Positions 26,706-35,205 of a DNA stretch of 64,000 bases are shown here, piece after piece. The notes beneath the pieces were generated by a model. That model did no database searches and had not been told where the DNA came from. It saw only the letters and a list, made by a program, of their open reading frames with translations. Position numbers and translations under genes: made by a program. Within the stretch, counting starts at the first letter, position 1; each line of letters begins with the position of its first letter. This DNA comes from Sneathiella sp. Its GTDB lineage: Bacteria; Pseudomonadota; Alphaproteobacteria; Sneathiellales; Sneathiellaceae. Location: assembly GCF_036844445.1 (NCBI RefSeq), contig NZ_DAIUFV010000001.1, positions 244,727 through 308,726 of the forward strand. The letters are read 5' to 3'.

Positions 26706-27731
26706 CTAGGGGCGCGGCGCGGCGGTGCTGCCGCGAACGGTCAGGGTCGCGGTCGCGATCGAGGAGTGCTGCTGATTGGTGAGCTTTCCGGAATCTATAT
26801 GATGCAGGAACCAAAGTCCACAGGTCGTGGCCAGATCCTCGATCGGCATCCAGAGGGTGGTGAGGCCCGGGCCCCACCATTTGAACTCCGGCGCATCGCC
26901 AAAGCCGACGAGCGAGAGGTCGCCGGGGACGGAGATCTGCATCTCGTGCAGCGTCTCCAGAATGGCCTGGGTGACGCGGATTGTCCCGGTGATCAGCGCC
27001 GTCGGCGGGTTGGGGCGGTTCAGGAGTTCCTTGACCGCGTTGGCGCCGTATTGGGTGATCGAGGGAGGGCCGAAAATCTCGATCGCCTCGCTGCGGTCAA
27101 CGCCCATTTCCTGAAAGGCCCGGCGAAATCCCGCCCGCCGCGCCGTTCCGGTCGAGAGCTCAAGCGAGCCGCCAATATAGGCGATGCGGCGATGCCCGAG
27201 CGAGAGCAGGTGCCGCGTGCCTTCGCAGAGGCATTCCTCGTCATTGATGCCAAACCAAGCGGAGTTGTAGCTCTCGATCCGGCGGAGCAGCTGGACGTGC
27301 GGAAAATTATTGATGAGATCACGCGTCTCGCGCTTGGGCTGCGCGGTCGGGACAATGACGATGCCGGCCGCCCGCGCGCTGATCAGCTCGGTCACGTGAC
27401 GCGCTTCGGTTTCAGGATCATTGGCGATGGAGAGCGCGAGCTGGTATCCGTTCGCGCTGCAGCAGTCCGAGAGCGCCTCGGCAATCGTGGCATAGAAATA
27501 GTTGCGGATATCGGGGAGCATCAGCCCGACGAGATTACTTTTTGCCCCCCGCATCTGCCGGGCGGGCAGGTTGCCGACATAGCCGAGCTGGCTTGCCGCC
27601 TCCTTGACACGGGTAATCGTTTTCGCGCTGATCCGCGGATCGCCCGAGAGGGCGCGCCCGACCGTCGAGACCGAAACGCCGGCGATCTCGGCAACGTCGC
27701 GCGCGGTGACCATCCTGAATGATTTTGTCAT
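26706..27731 (-). CDS. LacI-family transcriptional regulator
   Basis: HTH segment VTARDVAEIAGVSVSTVGRALSG followed by NLVGLMLPDI and a sugar-binding-like core. Start at ATG 27731 after ggaaggg; an upstream ATG at 27761 would overlap the dehydrogenase gene. Confidence 0.9.
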   Translation of the reverse strand: MTKSFRMVTARDVAEIAGVSVSTVGRALSGDPRISAKTITRVKEAASQLGYVGNLPARQMRGAKSNLVGLMLPDIRNYFYATIAEALSDCCSANGYQLALSIANDPETEARHVTELISARAAGIVIVPTAQPKRETRDLINNFPHVQLLRRIESYNSAWFGINDEECLCEGTRHLLSLGHRRIAYIGGSLELSTGTARRAGFRRAFQEMGVDRSEAIEIFGPPSITQYGANAVKELLNRPNPPTALITGTIRVTQAILETLHEMQISVPGDLSLVGFGDAPEFKWWGPGLTTLWMPIEDLATTCGLWFLHHIDSGKLTNQQHSSIATATLTVRGSTAAPRP

Positions 27732-27753
27732 ATCCCTTCCGGCTTTTGCAGCA

Positions 27754-28692
27754 TCAGACAACCCTGTTGAGCACCGGCTCGCCCGTCCGGATGCGTCGGC
27801 AGTTCTCCTCGATCACCGCAAGGCTGCGGTCAATTGTTTGCGGCGTCAACCACGCAATATGCGGCGTCATCACGACATTCGGAAATTCCTTGAGCCGCCC
27901 GGCATCACGCAGCGGCTCGGCGGCAAAAACATCGAGCCCGGCGCCCGCCAGCCGGCCGGAGGCGAGGGACGCGGCAAGCGCGGCTTCATCGACAAGTTCC
28001 CCGCGCGCGGTATTGACAAGAATGGCGCCCGGTTTCATCCGGCCAAAGGCCGCCGCATTCAGGATATGGCGCGTCTCGGGCGTCGCGGGGATATGGAGCG
28101 AGAGAATGTCGCTGGTTGCGAGAAGCTCCTCGAAGGAGACGGCTTCGGCGATCGCATCCGGCTTGGGTGTGCGGCTCCAGTACTGCAGTTTCGCGCCGAG
28201 AGCGGTGAGCGGCGCCGCGAGCCGCATCCCGACCGCCCCATAGCCGACGAGCCCGACCGTGCTGCCGCTGATCTCGCCGATCGCTTCCGCGTCGTTGGGC
28301 GACAGCTGCCAGCCCTCGCCGATGCGCGTCGCACTGTCGAATGTGGTCATGCGGCGGAGCGTCGCCAGCATCAGGGCGAGGGTGTGTTCGGCGACGGCGG
28401 CCGTGTTAGTGCCCGGCATGTTGGCGACGATCACGCCGGCCTTTTTTGCGGCGTCAAGATCGATCGTATTGACCCCGATGCCAATCTTCTGGATCAGCTT
28501 CAATTGCGGCCCTTGCGCAATCATGTCGGCACTTACCGGCTTCAGGCAATGCAAAAGCACGTCAGTGTCCGGGATCTCGCGGATGAAACCGGCTTCATCC
28601 TGCTCGTCGATCACCGTGATCTCGATATCTTCTATCGTCGCAAGTCGCTTTTTCAGCCTGTCGCTGGCGGAAAACTGCAATAAAGCCTTCAA
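27754..28692 (-). CDS. D-isomer-specific 2-hydroxyacid dehydrogenase (glyoxylate/hydroxypyruvate reductase-like)
   Basis: GLVGYGAVGMRLA (GxGxxG), ILVNTARGELVDEAAL (catalytic Arg), GAGLDVFAAEP (Glu) and VVMTPHIAW (His). TTG start overlapping the enolase stop (TTGA). Confidence 0.88.
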   Translation of the reverse strand: MKALLQFSASDRLKKRLATIEDIEITVIDEQDEAGFIREIPDTDVLLHCLKPVSADMIAQGPQLKLIQKIGIGVNTIDLDAAKKAGVIVANMPGTNTAAVAEHTLALMLATLRRMTTFDSATRIGEGWQLSPNDAEAIGEISGSTVGLVGYGAVGMRLAAPLTALGAKLQYWSRTPKPDAIAEAVSFEELLATSDILSLHIPATPETRHILNAAAFGRMKPGAILVNTARGELVDEAALAASLASGRLAGAGLDVFAAEPLRDAGRLKEFPNVVMTPHIAWLTPQTIDRSLAVIEENCRRIRTGEPVLNRVV

Positions 28693-30008
28693 CGTCTCTC
28701 TCCTCGGGCCCGCTCTGGAATTGCTGAGGCGAAGACCAGCCCCTCGCGTCCGGCAAACCGCGCACGCGATCCGAGGGCCTCTTCAATTCTCAGGCATTCG
28801 TTCCATTTTGCCATGCGTTCGGAGCGAGCGAAAGAGCCCACCTTGAATTGGCCCGCATCCCAGCCGGTGGAAAGATGCGAGATAATGACATCTTCCGTCT
28901 CGCCGGAGCGGGCGGAAACGATCGTGCCGAGCCCTGCCGCCTTGGCCGCTTCGAGCGCCTTGCGGGTCTCTGTAATCGTCCCGGCCTGGTTCGGCTTGAT
29001 AAGCACGGCGGTGAGCGCCTTGTCGGCCGCCGCCCGGGTGACACGCGCGGCGTTGGTCACGAGATAGTCATCGCCAATAATCTGGCAGGTCGCGCCATAA
29101 AGCCGCGTGAAGGTCTGAAAGCCTTTCGGATCATCCTCGCTCAACGGATCTTCGATGGAAAGGATCGGGTAGGTCTCAAGCCAGCCGCCTAGGATGGAAA
29201 TCCACTCGTCGGTTTCATATTTCTTGCCGCCGAGGGCGAGGGTGTAAAGGCCGTTCCGGCCAAATTCCGAGGCCGCCACGTCAAGCGAGATGGCAACGTC
29301 TTCGCCGGGCTTGAAGCCGGCGCGCTCGATCGCAAGAACAAGCGTATCGAGAATCTCCTCGTTCGATCCGAATGCCGGCCAATAGCCGCCTTCATCGGCG
29401 ACCCCCCGCAGGCTGCCGCGCTCCTTCATTAGCGCGCCGGCGGCGAGATAGACCTCGGCCGTCCAGTCGAGCGCCTCGGAGAAGGATGTCGCGCCCGGAC
29501 ACATGATCATGAAATCCTGGATATCGACGCGCCGCGCCGCATGCGCGCCGCCGCCGAAAATCTGGATCTCGGGGAGCGGCATGCGAATATCCCGCCCGCC
29601 CGAGAGATAGAGCCAAAGCGGCAGTTTCTCGGCCGCCGCGCGCGCCTGCAATACCGCCATGGAGGTGGCAACGATGGCGTTGCCGCCAAGCCGGGCGCGA
29701 TCGGGCGTGCCGTCGAGCCGCACCATCGCACCGTCGACCTCTTCCTGGTGATCGGCGTCAAGGCCGATCAGGCAGGCGCTGATCTCCTCATTCACGGCGG
29801 CCACGGCGCGGCGCACATCAAGGCCGCCAAAGGCCTTGCCGCCGTCGCGCAAATCAACCGCTTCGCCGCTTCCCATCGACGCGCCGGCGGGCGCGATGGC
29901 CCGGCCCGTCGCGCCGCAGCCAAGGCGCACGTCCACCTCGACCGTCGGTCGCCCGCGCGAATCCCACACCCGCCGTCCAAAAACAGATTTGATTGTTGTG
30001 TCAGTCAT
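28689..30008 (-). CDS. Enolase-family protein (true phosphopyruvate hydratase family), divergent paralog
   Basis: Collinear with enolase: DSRGRPTVEVDV, PAGASMGSGEAVDLRDG, VADEGGYWP, SLDVAASEF, SIEDPL, IGDDYLVTN, LIKPNQAG, SARSGETED, GQFKVG and ECLRIEEALG. It reads IQDFMI and SARSGETED where canonical enolases read QEFMI and SHRSGETED. Confidence 0.85.
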   Translation of the reverse strand: MTDTTIKSVFGRRVWDSRGRPTVEVDVRLGCGATGRAIAPAGASMGSGEAVDLRDGGKAFGGLDVRRAVAAVNEEISACLIGLDADHQEEVDGAMVRLDGTPDRARLGGNAIVATSMAVLQARAAAEKLPLWLYLSGGRDIRMPLPEIQIFGGGAHAARRVDIQDFMIMCPGATSFSEALDWTAEVYLAAGALMKERGSLRGVADEGGYWPAFGSNEEILDTLVLAIERAGFKPGEDVAISLDVAASEFGRNGLYTLALGGKKYETDEWISILGGWLETYPILSIEDPLSEDDPKGFQTFTRLYGATCQIIGDDYLVTNAARVTRAAADKALTAVLIKPNQAGTITETRKALEAAKAAGLGTIVSARSGETEDVIISHLSTGWDAGQFKVGSFARSERMAKWNECLRIEEALGSRARFAGREGLVFASAIPERARGERR

Positions 30009-31002
30009 TTGCTAGGTTCCTTGCCCACACATCACGCAGTTCCGCCAGTCGGGTCGGAGGCGACTCGACAAAGGGCAGGGCCGTCATTCTGATTTTTTCT
30101 TTATCAATTTCATTGGTAATGTACTCAACCGGTGATTTTCCATCAACGCGTGCGAGAAACAAAGCCGGCAGCAGGCGCGCAACACGCGCCTCGAGCGCGT
30201 CCCGAGACTCCCATCCGACTTCATTGAAATAGGCGTCTTTCAAGGCGTCAAAGGCGCGGAGCAGGACGTCCCGCGCGCCCGGCATATGCACGCATTTGAG
30301 AAGCAGGTGATTGAGGCAGAAGGCAAGATCAAAGGCCGGCTCCCCGTACCAGGCGCATTCCGCATCGAGAAAGACAGGGCCCTCGCGGCCCATCAGGATA
30401 TTCTTCGGGCTCACGTCGCCGTGGACAAGCACGGTTTCCGCGCCAAGCGTCGCTTCGGCAAGGCAGAGAAGGCGCTCTGCAACCGCGCCATGCACGCGCG
30501 CGGTTGCTTTCAGGTAAGGCTCGATCCGCAGGGCATCGAATGTTTCGGGTACCCTGAATTTATCGGCGAGGCGGGGCGAGTGCGCGGTTGCCTGATGGAT
30601 GGCGCCGAGGCTTGCGCCCACCTTGGCCGCGAAGGCGATATCGACATCGCCGTCCATAAGCTGTGTTTTCCATGTCGGATAGTCGAGAAATTCCATGGCG
30701 AAGAGGGCGGATGCGGGCTCGGAATAGAGAATATCCGGAACGGCCTCGGGGCGGATTTCGCGAACTTCGCGGATCCAGTTCACTTCATTGGCGTTGCGAG
30801 AGAGTGGCGCCTCCCAATGCTGCGAGACGCGAAGCTCCGCAAGCGCCCGCTTGAGCACAAAACGGCGCGCGCCTGCGTCAATTCTCCAGATGTCCGAAGA
30901 AATGCCGCCGGTCAGCCGCTCGGCGCGGATGGCGGAGATATTCTCCGCCAGTCCGCTCCGTTTGAGAAACTCGCCCGTCTCCTGGTCAAGCATCGGTGTC
31001 AC
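30001..31002 (-). CDS. APH-fold small-molecule kinase (aminoglycoside phosphotransferase / methylthioribose kinase-like)
   Basis: LTGGISSDIWRI nucleotide-loop region, the Brenner motif HGDVSPKNIL, and FLDAECAWYGEPAFDLAFCLNHLLLK, which resembles the MtnK IDxEFAFYGPxGFDxG segment. 8-nt overlap (ATGACTGA) with the enolase-like gene. Confidence 0.8.
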   Translation of the reverse strand: MTPMLDQETGEFLKRSGLAENISAIRAERLTGGISSDIWRIDAGARRFVLKRALAELRVSQHWEAPLSRNANEVNWIREVREIRPEAVPDILYSEPASALFAMEFLDYPTWKTQLMDGDVDIAFAAKVGASLGAIHQATAHSPRLADKFRVPETFDALRIEPYLKATARVHGAVAERLLCLAEATLGAETVLVHGDVSPKNILMGREGPVFLDAECAWYGEPAFDLAFCLNHLLLKCVHMPGARDVLLRAFDALKDAYFNEVGWESRDALEARVARLLPALFLARVDGKSPVEYITNEIDKEKIRMTALPFVESPPTRLAELRDVWARNLAND

Positions 31003-31014
31003 AGGTTACTCCTC

Positions 31015-32358
31015 TCAGAACATCGTGCCGGGCAGCAGCAATGAGATGATCGGGAAAGCGATCAGCAGATAGAGTACTACCAGATCGGACATGATGAACA
31101 ATATACAGCCCTTAAAGATCTGGTTGAGCGGCACCGCGTCACCGACGACCGATTTGATAACAAACACGTTGATCCCGACGGGCGGCGTCATTAGGCCGAC
31201 CTCAATCAGCTTGACGATGATGATCCCGAACCAGATCAGGTCATAGCCGAGGGTTTCAATGATCGGAACCGCCAGCGGCAGCGTCAGCAGCAGAATGCCG
31301 ATGGCGTCAAGGAACGTGCCGAGGATCAGATACATGGCGCAGATCATGAACAGCACCAGCGCGGGCGAGAAGTTCTGTGCGTTTGTCCAGGCGACCAGAT
31401 CACTGGCAATCCCGGTGATGCCGACGAAAGAGACCATTAGCTTTGCGCCGATGGCAAGGACGAAGATGATCGCGCACTGGAAGGTCGTTTCACGAACTGC
31501 GTCCCAGAAGCCCTCCCACGTCAGCCGCTTCAGCAGGAAGCCGATGACGATCGTGACGCCCGCCGCGACTGCCGCCGATTCCGTCGCGGTCAGAATGCCG
31601 GTGTAGACGCCGCCGATGACGATGATGGCGATCAGCGTGATCGGCCAGATGCGGAGCAGCGCCTGAAGCTGTTCGCGGCCTGTTGCCGTGATATGGTTCT
31701 CCGGTGCCGCCTCGGGCCGTGCTTTCACCCAGACCAGAACAATGATGACATAGCCGACGACACTGATCAGGCCGGGAAGAATGCCGGCGACGAACAGCTT
31801 GCCGATCGACTGCTCGGTGAAGACACCGTAGAGCACCAGCACGAGGGAGGGCGGGATCAGTGAGCCAAGCGTGCCGCCGGCCGCAACCGATGCCGTGGCG
31901 AGCGATTTGCTGTAACCGAAGCGCAGCATTTCGGGAACCGCGATGCGGCCCATCGCCGAGGCGCAGGCCATGCTGGAGCCGGTGATCGACGAGAAGCCGG
32001 CGCAGCCGACGACCGAGGCAATCGCGAGACCGCCCGGCAGGCGCGGCAGCAGAATACGGATGGTATAGAAGAGATCTGTCGTGAACCTTGCCTTATGCGC
32101 GACATGGCCAAGCACGATAAAGAGCGGCACCATGGTGAAGGTGTAGGTCTTGATAAAGGAGAAGGGGTCGGTGCCAAGAAACGCCTGCACGGGCCGCATC
32201 GCGCGCGCCGGGTTGAAAGCCCCGCCCGGCGGCCAGGCGAAGATGATAAACATGCCGATGATGGAAACGGCGCAAAGCGCAAATGCAATCGGCACACGCA
32301 AAAACAGGAGGATCAGCAGGCCCGCGAGCACAGCAATCGCAAGGGTAGTCGGGTCCAT
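31015..32358 (-). CDS. TRAP transporter large permease (DctM family)
   Basis: 447-aa polytopic protein with SSITGSSMACASAMG, LIPPSL, GILPGLI and MTPPVGINVF segments. Confidence 0.9.
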   Translation of the reverse strand: MDPTTLAIAVLAGLLILLFLRVPIAFALCAVSIIGMFIIFAWPPGGAFNPARAMRPVQAFLGTDPFSFIKTYTFTMVPLFIVLGHVAHKARFTTDLFYTIRILLPRLPGGLAIASVVGCAGFSSITGSSMACASAMGRIAVPEMLRFGYSKSLATASVAAGGTLGSLIPPSLVLVLYGVFTEQSIGKLFVAGILPGLISVVGYVIIVLVWVKARPEAAPENHITATGREQLQALLRIWPITLIAIIVIGGVYTGILTATESAAVAAGVTIVIGFLLKRLTWEGFWDAVRETTFQCAIIFVLAIGAKLMVSFVGITGIASDLVAWTNAQNFSPALVLFMICAMYLILGTFLDAIGILLLTLPLAVPIIETLGYDLIWFGIIIVKLIEVGLMTPPVGINVFVIKSVVGDAVPLNQIFKGCILFIMSDLVVLYLLIAFPIISLLLPGTMF

Positions 32359-32392
32359 TGTTACAGTTACCTTTCTGGGACGGGTTTCGCGG

Positions 32393-32953
32393 TTACGAAA
32401 GCAGGTCTTGGGCGGCGTCTGGATAGACGATGCGCTTTTTCAGGTTCAGATCTTCCAGCAGGTTCAGCAGCAGCCGGATGCAGAACAGGGCAACCGCAAT
32501 CACGAAAACAAGTTTCGCCGGCCACACCGGAAGATACAGCTCGCCTTCGTAATACTGACCGCTGTTCCAGTCCTTGACGACGCCGAGCCAGACACACCAG
32601 AGAATGGTGGAGAAAATGACTAGGGCGATTAGATGCGCGAGCGCGCTGAGCGCCTGAAAATATTTCTTCGGCAGCCAGGCGGTGAAGACCTCAACCTCGA
32701 TATGCGCGCGCCTTGCCGTCGCATAGGCGAAGGGAAGGGCGATTATGATGGGCATCAGGTTTTCCGCGAGCACCACATCGTCAGGGATAGGAAGATGAAA
32801 AAACGTTCTGCCCGCGACGGAAAGGCAAATCAGGGCGAGCAGGAGGACGGTCGTCAGCATCGAGATTTTGAGAAACACCGTCTCGATGCTGCCGATGACG
32901 CGTTCGACGAGAGAAACTCCCGTCGAACCGTCGTCAAGCTTGAGGCGAACCAT
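32393..32953 (-). CDS. TRAP transporter small permease (DctQ family)
   Basis: 186-aa four-TM protein between the SBP and DctM genes. Its start overlaps the SBP stop (TGATG). Confidence 0.85.
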   Translation of the reverse strand: MVRLKLDDGSTGVSLVERVIGSIETVFLKISMLTTVLLLALICLSVAGRTFFHLPIPDDVVLAENLMPIIIALPFAYATARRAHIEVEVFTAWLPKKYFQALSALAHLIALVIFSTILWCVWLGVVKDWNSGQYYEGELYLPVWPAKLVFVIAVALFCIRLLLNLLEDLNLKKRIVYPDAAQDLLS

Positions 32954-34062
32954 CAGCTTTTGCCTTTATCCCACGGATAGCCGTTCTTGTTGAAATCGGC
33001 CTGATACTTATCGATCAGTTGCTGATAGTGATCCGCAACTTCGCGGGCGGGGAGGCCCTTTTTGGAGACGTTGGCAATCCACTCCTCGGCGAGGATCGCA
33101 CCATATTTCTTGACCTCGTCTAGCATGCCGGGCGGCGGAGGCGAGTAGATGACGCCAAATTCGCCGCCGGGGGCGGAAAGCTCGGCTTTGGCTTCAACAA
33201 CGCGGATGAGATGATCTTCAACGATATGGGCGTTCAGGTCGTTGGCGACCTCGCGGATCACCTTTTTGCGCTCGTCGCTGAGCTCATCCCAGAAATCCTT
33301 GTTCATGATGATGCCGTAGGCCATGACCAGCCCGAAGTCGATCTCGATCACATGCTTGGCGATTTCATACTGCCGGTAGCCCTTGATGGCGAGGTGATAG
33401 ATCTGGTTGCAATCGACAAGGCCGGTCTGCAATGCCTGATAGACTTCGGTCTGCGGCATGGCGATGGTCGTCGCGCCCATGTTCTTCAAGACTTCGGTGT
33501 AGGGGCCGCCCGTCCGGATCTTGAGGTTTTTCAGCTCGTCGAGGGAATTGATTGGCGCCTTGCAGATGAGCTGGACGTTCCCGGCATTGAAGTTGGCGAT
33601 ATATTCGATGTTGTTGCGCGCGAACTGCTTCTTCACATCCTCGTTGGTGGTGGCGAGTTCATAGATCGCCTGCTGCGCGACCCAGAGGTTCGACGGGCCG
33701 ATCAGCAGGTTACCAACCTCGTAAAGATCGAGAACGCCGGGGGTGTAGGAGGAAACGATCGATCCCATGTCGGCGAGGCCGGCGCCGACGATGCGCGGGA
33801 TATCGGCGGGTGCGCCAAGCGAGCCGCCCCAGTGAATGTCGAAGATGATGTCGCCGCCCGAGCGGCTTTCGATCTGTTCCTTAAACCACATGATATTGTC
33901 GCCCATGCCGCCGCGGTTGGCGCCGAAATGCGCGTAGCGGATCGAGATGGGGTCAGCGTTTGCGCTAAGAGGCGCTGCCACAACGGCTGTCACGGCGGCG
34001 ACTATGCCCGCGATGAGGCGTGTCGAGCGTCGTAACGGTTTCCAGAATGCTTTGATTTTCAT
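32953..34062 (-). CDS. TRAP transporter substrate-binding protein (DctP family)
   Basis: Signal peptide STRLIAGIVAAVTAVVAAPLSANA, then ISIRYAHFGA...FKEQIESRSGGDI, a DctP-like body. Confidence 0.85.
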   Translation of the reverse strand: MKIKAFWKPLRRSTRLIAGIVAAVTAVVAAPLSANADPISIRYAHFGANRGGMGDNIMWFKEQIESRSGGDIIFDIHWGGSLGAPADIPRIVGAGLADMGSIVSSYTPGVLDLYEVGNLLIGPSNLWVAQQAIYELATTNEDVKKQFARNNIEYIANFNAGNVQLICKAPINSLDELKNLKIRTGGPYTEVLKNMGATTIAMPQTEVYQALQTGLVDCNQIYHLAIKGYRQYEIAKHVIEIDFGLVMAYGIIMNKDFWDELSDERKKVIREVANDLNAHIVEDHLIRVVEAKAELSAPGGEFGVIYSPPPPGMLDEVKKYGAILAEEWIANVSKKGLPAREVADHYQQLIDKYQADFNKNGYPWDKGKS

Positions 34063-34100
34063 ACGTAAATTCCTCCCTTGTTAGATAGCTTATGTTATTT

Positions 34101-34120
34101 TTATGCAATTGATAGCATAA
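34101..34120. promoter_or_regulatory. Inverted repeat TTATGC-N8-GCATAA in the 5' region of the minus-strand TRAP/kinase/enolase operon
   Basis: 6-bp perfect arms in an AT-rich stretch about 40 nt upstream of the dctP start. Candidate binding site for the LacI regulator at the operon end. Confidence 0.3.
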
Positions 34121-34182
34121 CTCAAAAATCGCTGTCAATTCGCAATATCACGCGCATTTTGACCAAATACCCGATTAACTTC

Positions 34183-34218
34183 TTGACAGGAAAGGGGGTG
34201 GATTGCATAAAAATGCAA
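34183..34218 (+). promoter_or_regulatory. Candidate sigma70-type promoter with overlapping operator for the FAH operon
   Basis: TTGACA (34183-34188), 17-nt spacer, CATAAA (34206-34211). The inverted repeat TTGCAT-AAAA-ATGCAA (34203-34218) overlaps the -10 element. Confidence 0.35.
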
Positions 34219-34260
34219 ACGAAAGCATTACAATAACAGAATAAAATCGGGAGTATCGTT

Positions 34261-35175
34261 ATGACGTCACCAACGCGGTATGGGCTTTGCACGATCCAGA
34301 CGGACGCCGGGGCCACGCCGGCAATTGCGGTGGGGGGGAAACACTGGGAATTGGCGAAGGTCGCGCCGGAAATTAGACTTCCAGACGGGCTTATGAGCCT
34401 CTTCCCGGACTGGCAGGCGAGCGAGTCGGCACTTGCGAAGGTCGCCGATGCCATCGCCGCCGGCAAACATGGCGAGGGATTTGCTGTTGCCGATGACAAG
34501 TTCCTGCCGCCGCTGATGTATCCCGGAAAAGTCGTCTGCGCAGGCACTAACTATATTGATCATATCCATGCCGTCGGCCGCACCAGCTTCAGCAAGGAAG
34601 AGAATATCCCCGCAATGTTCATGAAGCCGCCGAAATCGGCGCTCGTCGGTGGGGGGCGGACAGCCCGCATTCCCACCAACTGCACGATGTATGACTGGGA
34701 GATCGAGCTCGGCGTCGTCATGGGCAAGCGCATCGATGTCGGAACGCCGGTCAGCCGCGATTTGAACGAGATTGCCGGCTATATGCTGACGCTCGATATG
34801 TCGGCGCGCGATTTCCAGCGCAACCCCAAGCATTTCGCGAAATCCGATCTTTTCATGGGCAAGGCGTTCGACACGAGCTGCCCTTCTGGTCCCTATTTCG
34901 TGCCGGCGAAATTCATCCCCGATCCGCAAGATCTCGATATGAAACTCTGGCGGAATGACAAGGTTGAACAGGATTCCAACACGAAGAACATGATCTGGTC
35001 GGTCTATGAGCTGTTGCAGGCGCTAACCGAGAATGTGACGATGGAGCCGGGAGATCTGTTCCTGACCGGAACGCCTGCCGGCACCGGGATCGAGACCGGC
35101 ACCTACGCGAGCCGCGGCGACAGGATCGAGGCGGAAATCGAGCATCTTGGCCGTCTCAGGATCGAACTCTACTAA
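34261..35175 (+). CDS. Fumarylacetoacetate hydrolase (FAH) family protein
   Basis: KVVCAGTNYIDH, FMKPPKSAL, YDWEIELGVVMGK (metal-binding Glu pair) and LTGTPAGTG. Confidence 0.88.
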   Translation: MTSPTRYGLCTIQTDAGATPAIAVGGKHWELAKVAPEIRLPDGLMSLFPDWQASESALAKVADAIAAGKHGEGFAVADDKFLPPLMYPGKVVCAGTNYIDHIHAVGRTSFSKEENIPAMFMKPPKSALVGGGRTARIPTNCTMYDWEIELGVVMGKRIDVGTPVSRDLNEIAGYMLTLDMSARDFQRNPKHFAKSDLFMGKAFDTSCPSGPYFVPAKFIPDPQDLDMKLWRNDKVEQDSNTKNMIWSVYELLQALTENVTMEPGDLFLTGTPAGTGIETGTYASRGDRIEAEIEHLGRLRIELY

Positions 35176-35205
35176 CCAAACGGCAGGCAAACGATTGAGG
35201 GCGAG

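Noticed and set aside
28689-30008. Treating the enolase-family gene simply as the housekeeping glycolytic eno.
   Set aside because: It is translationally coupled to a kinase and a dehydrogenase inside a LacI/TRAP operon. It also carries substitutions at two near-invariant motif positions (QDFMI and SARSGETED). Only the whole genome can finally exclude this explanation.
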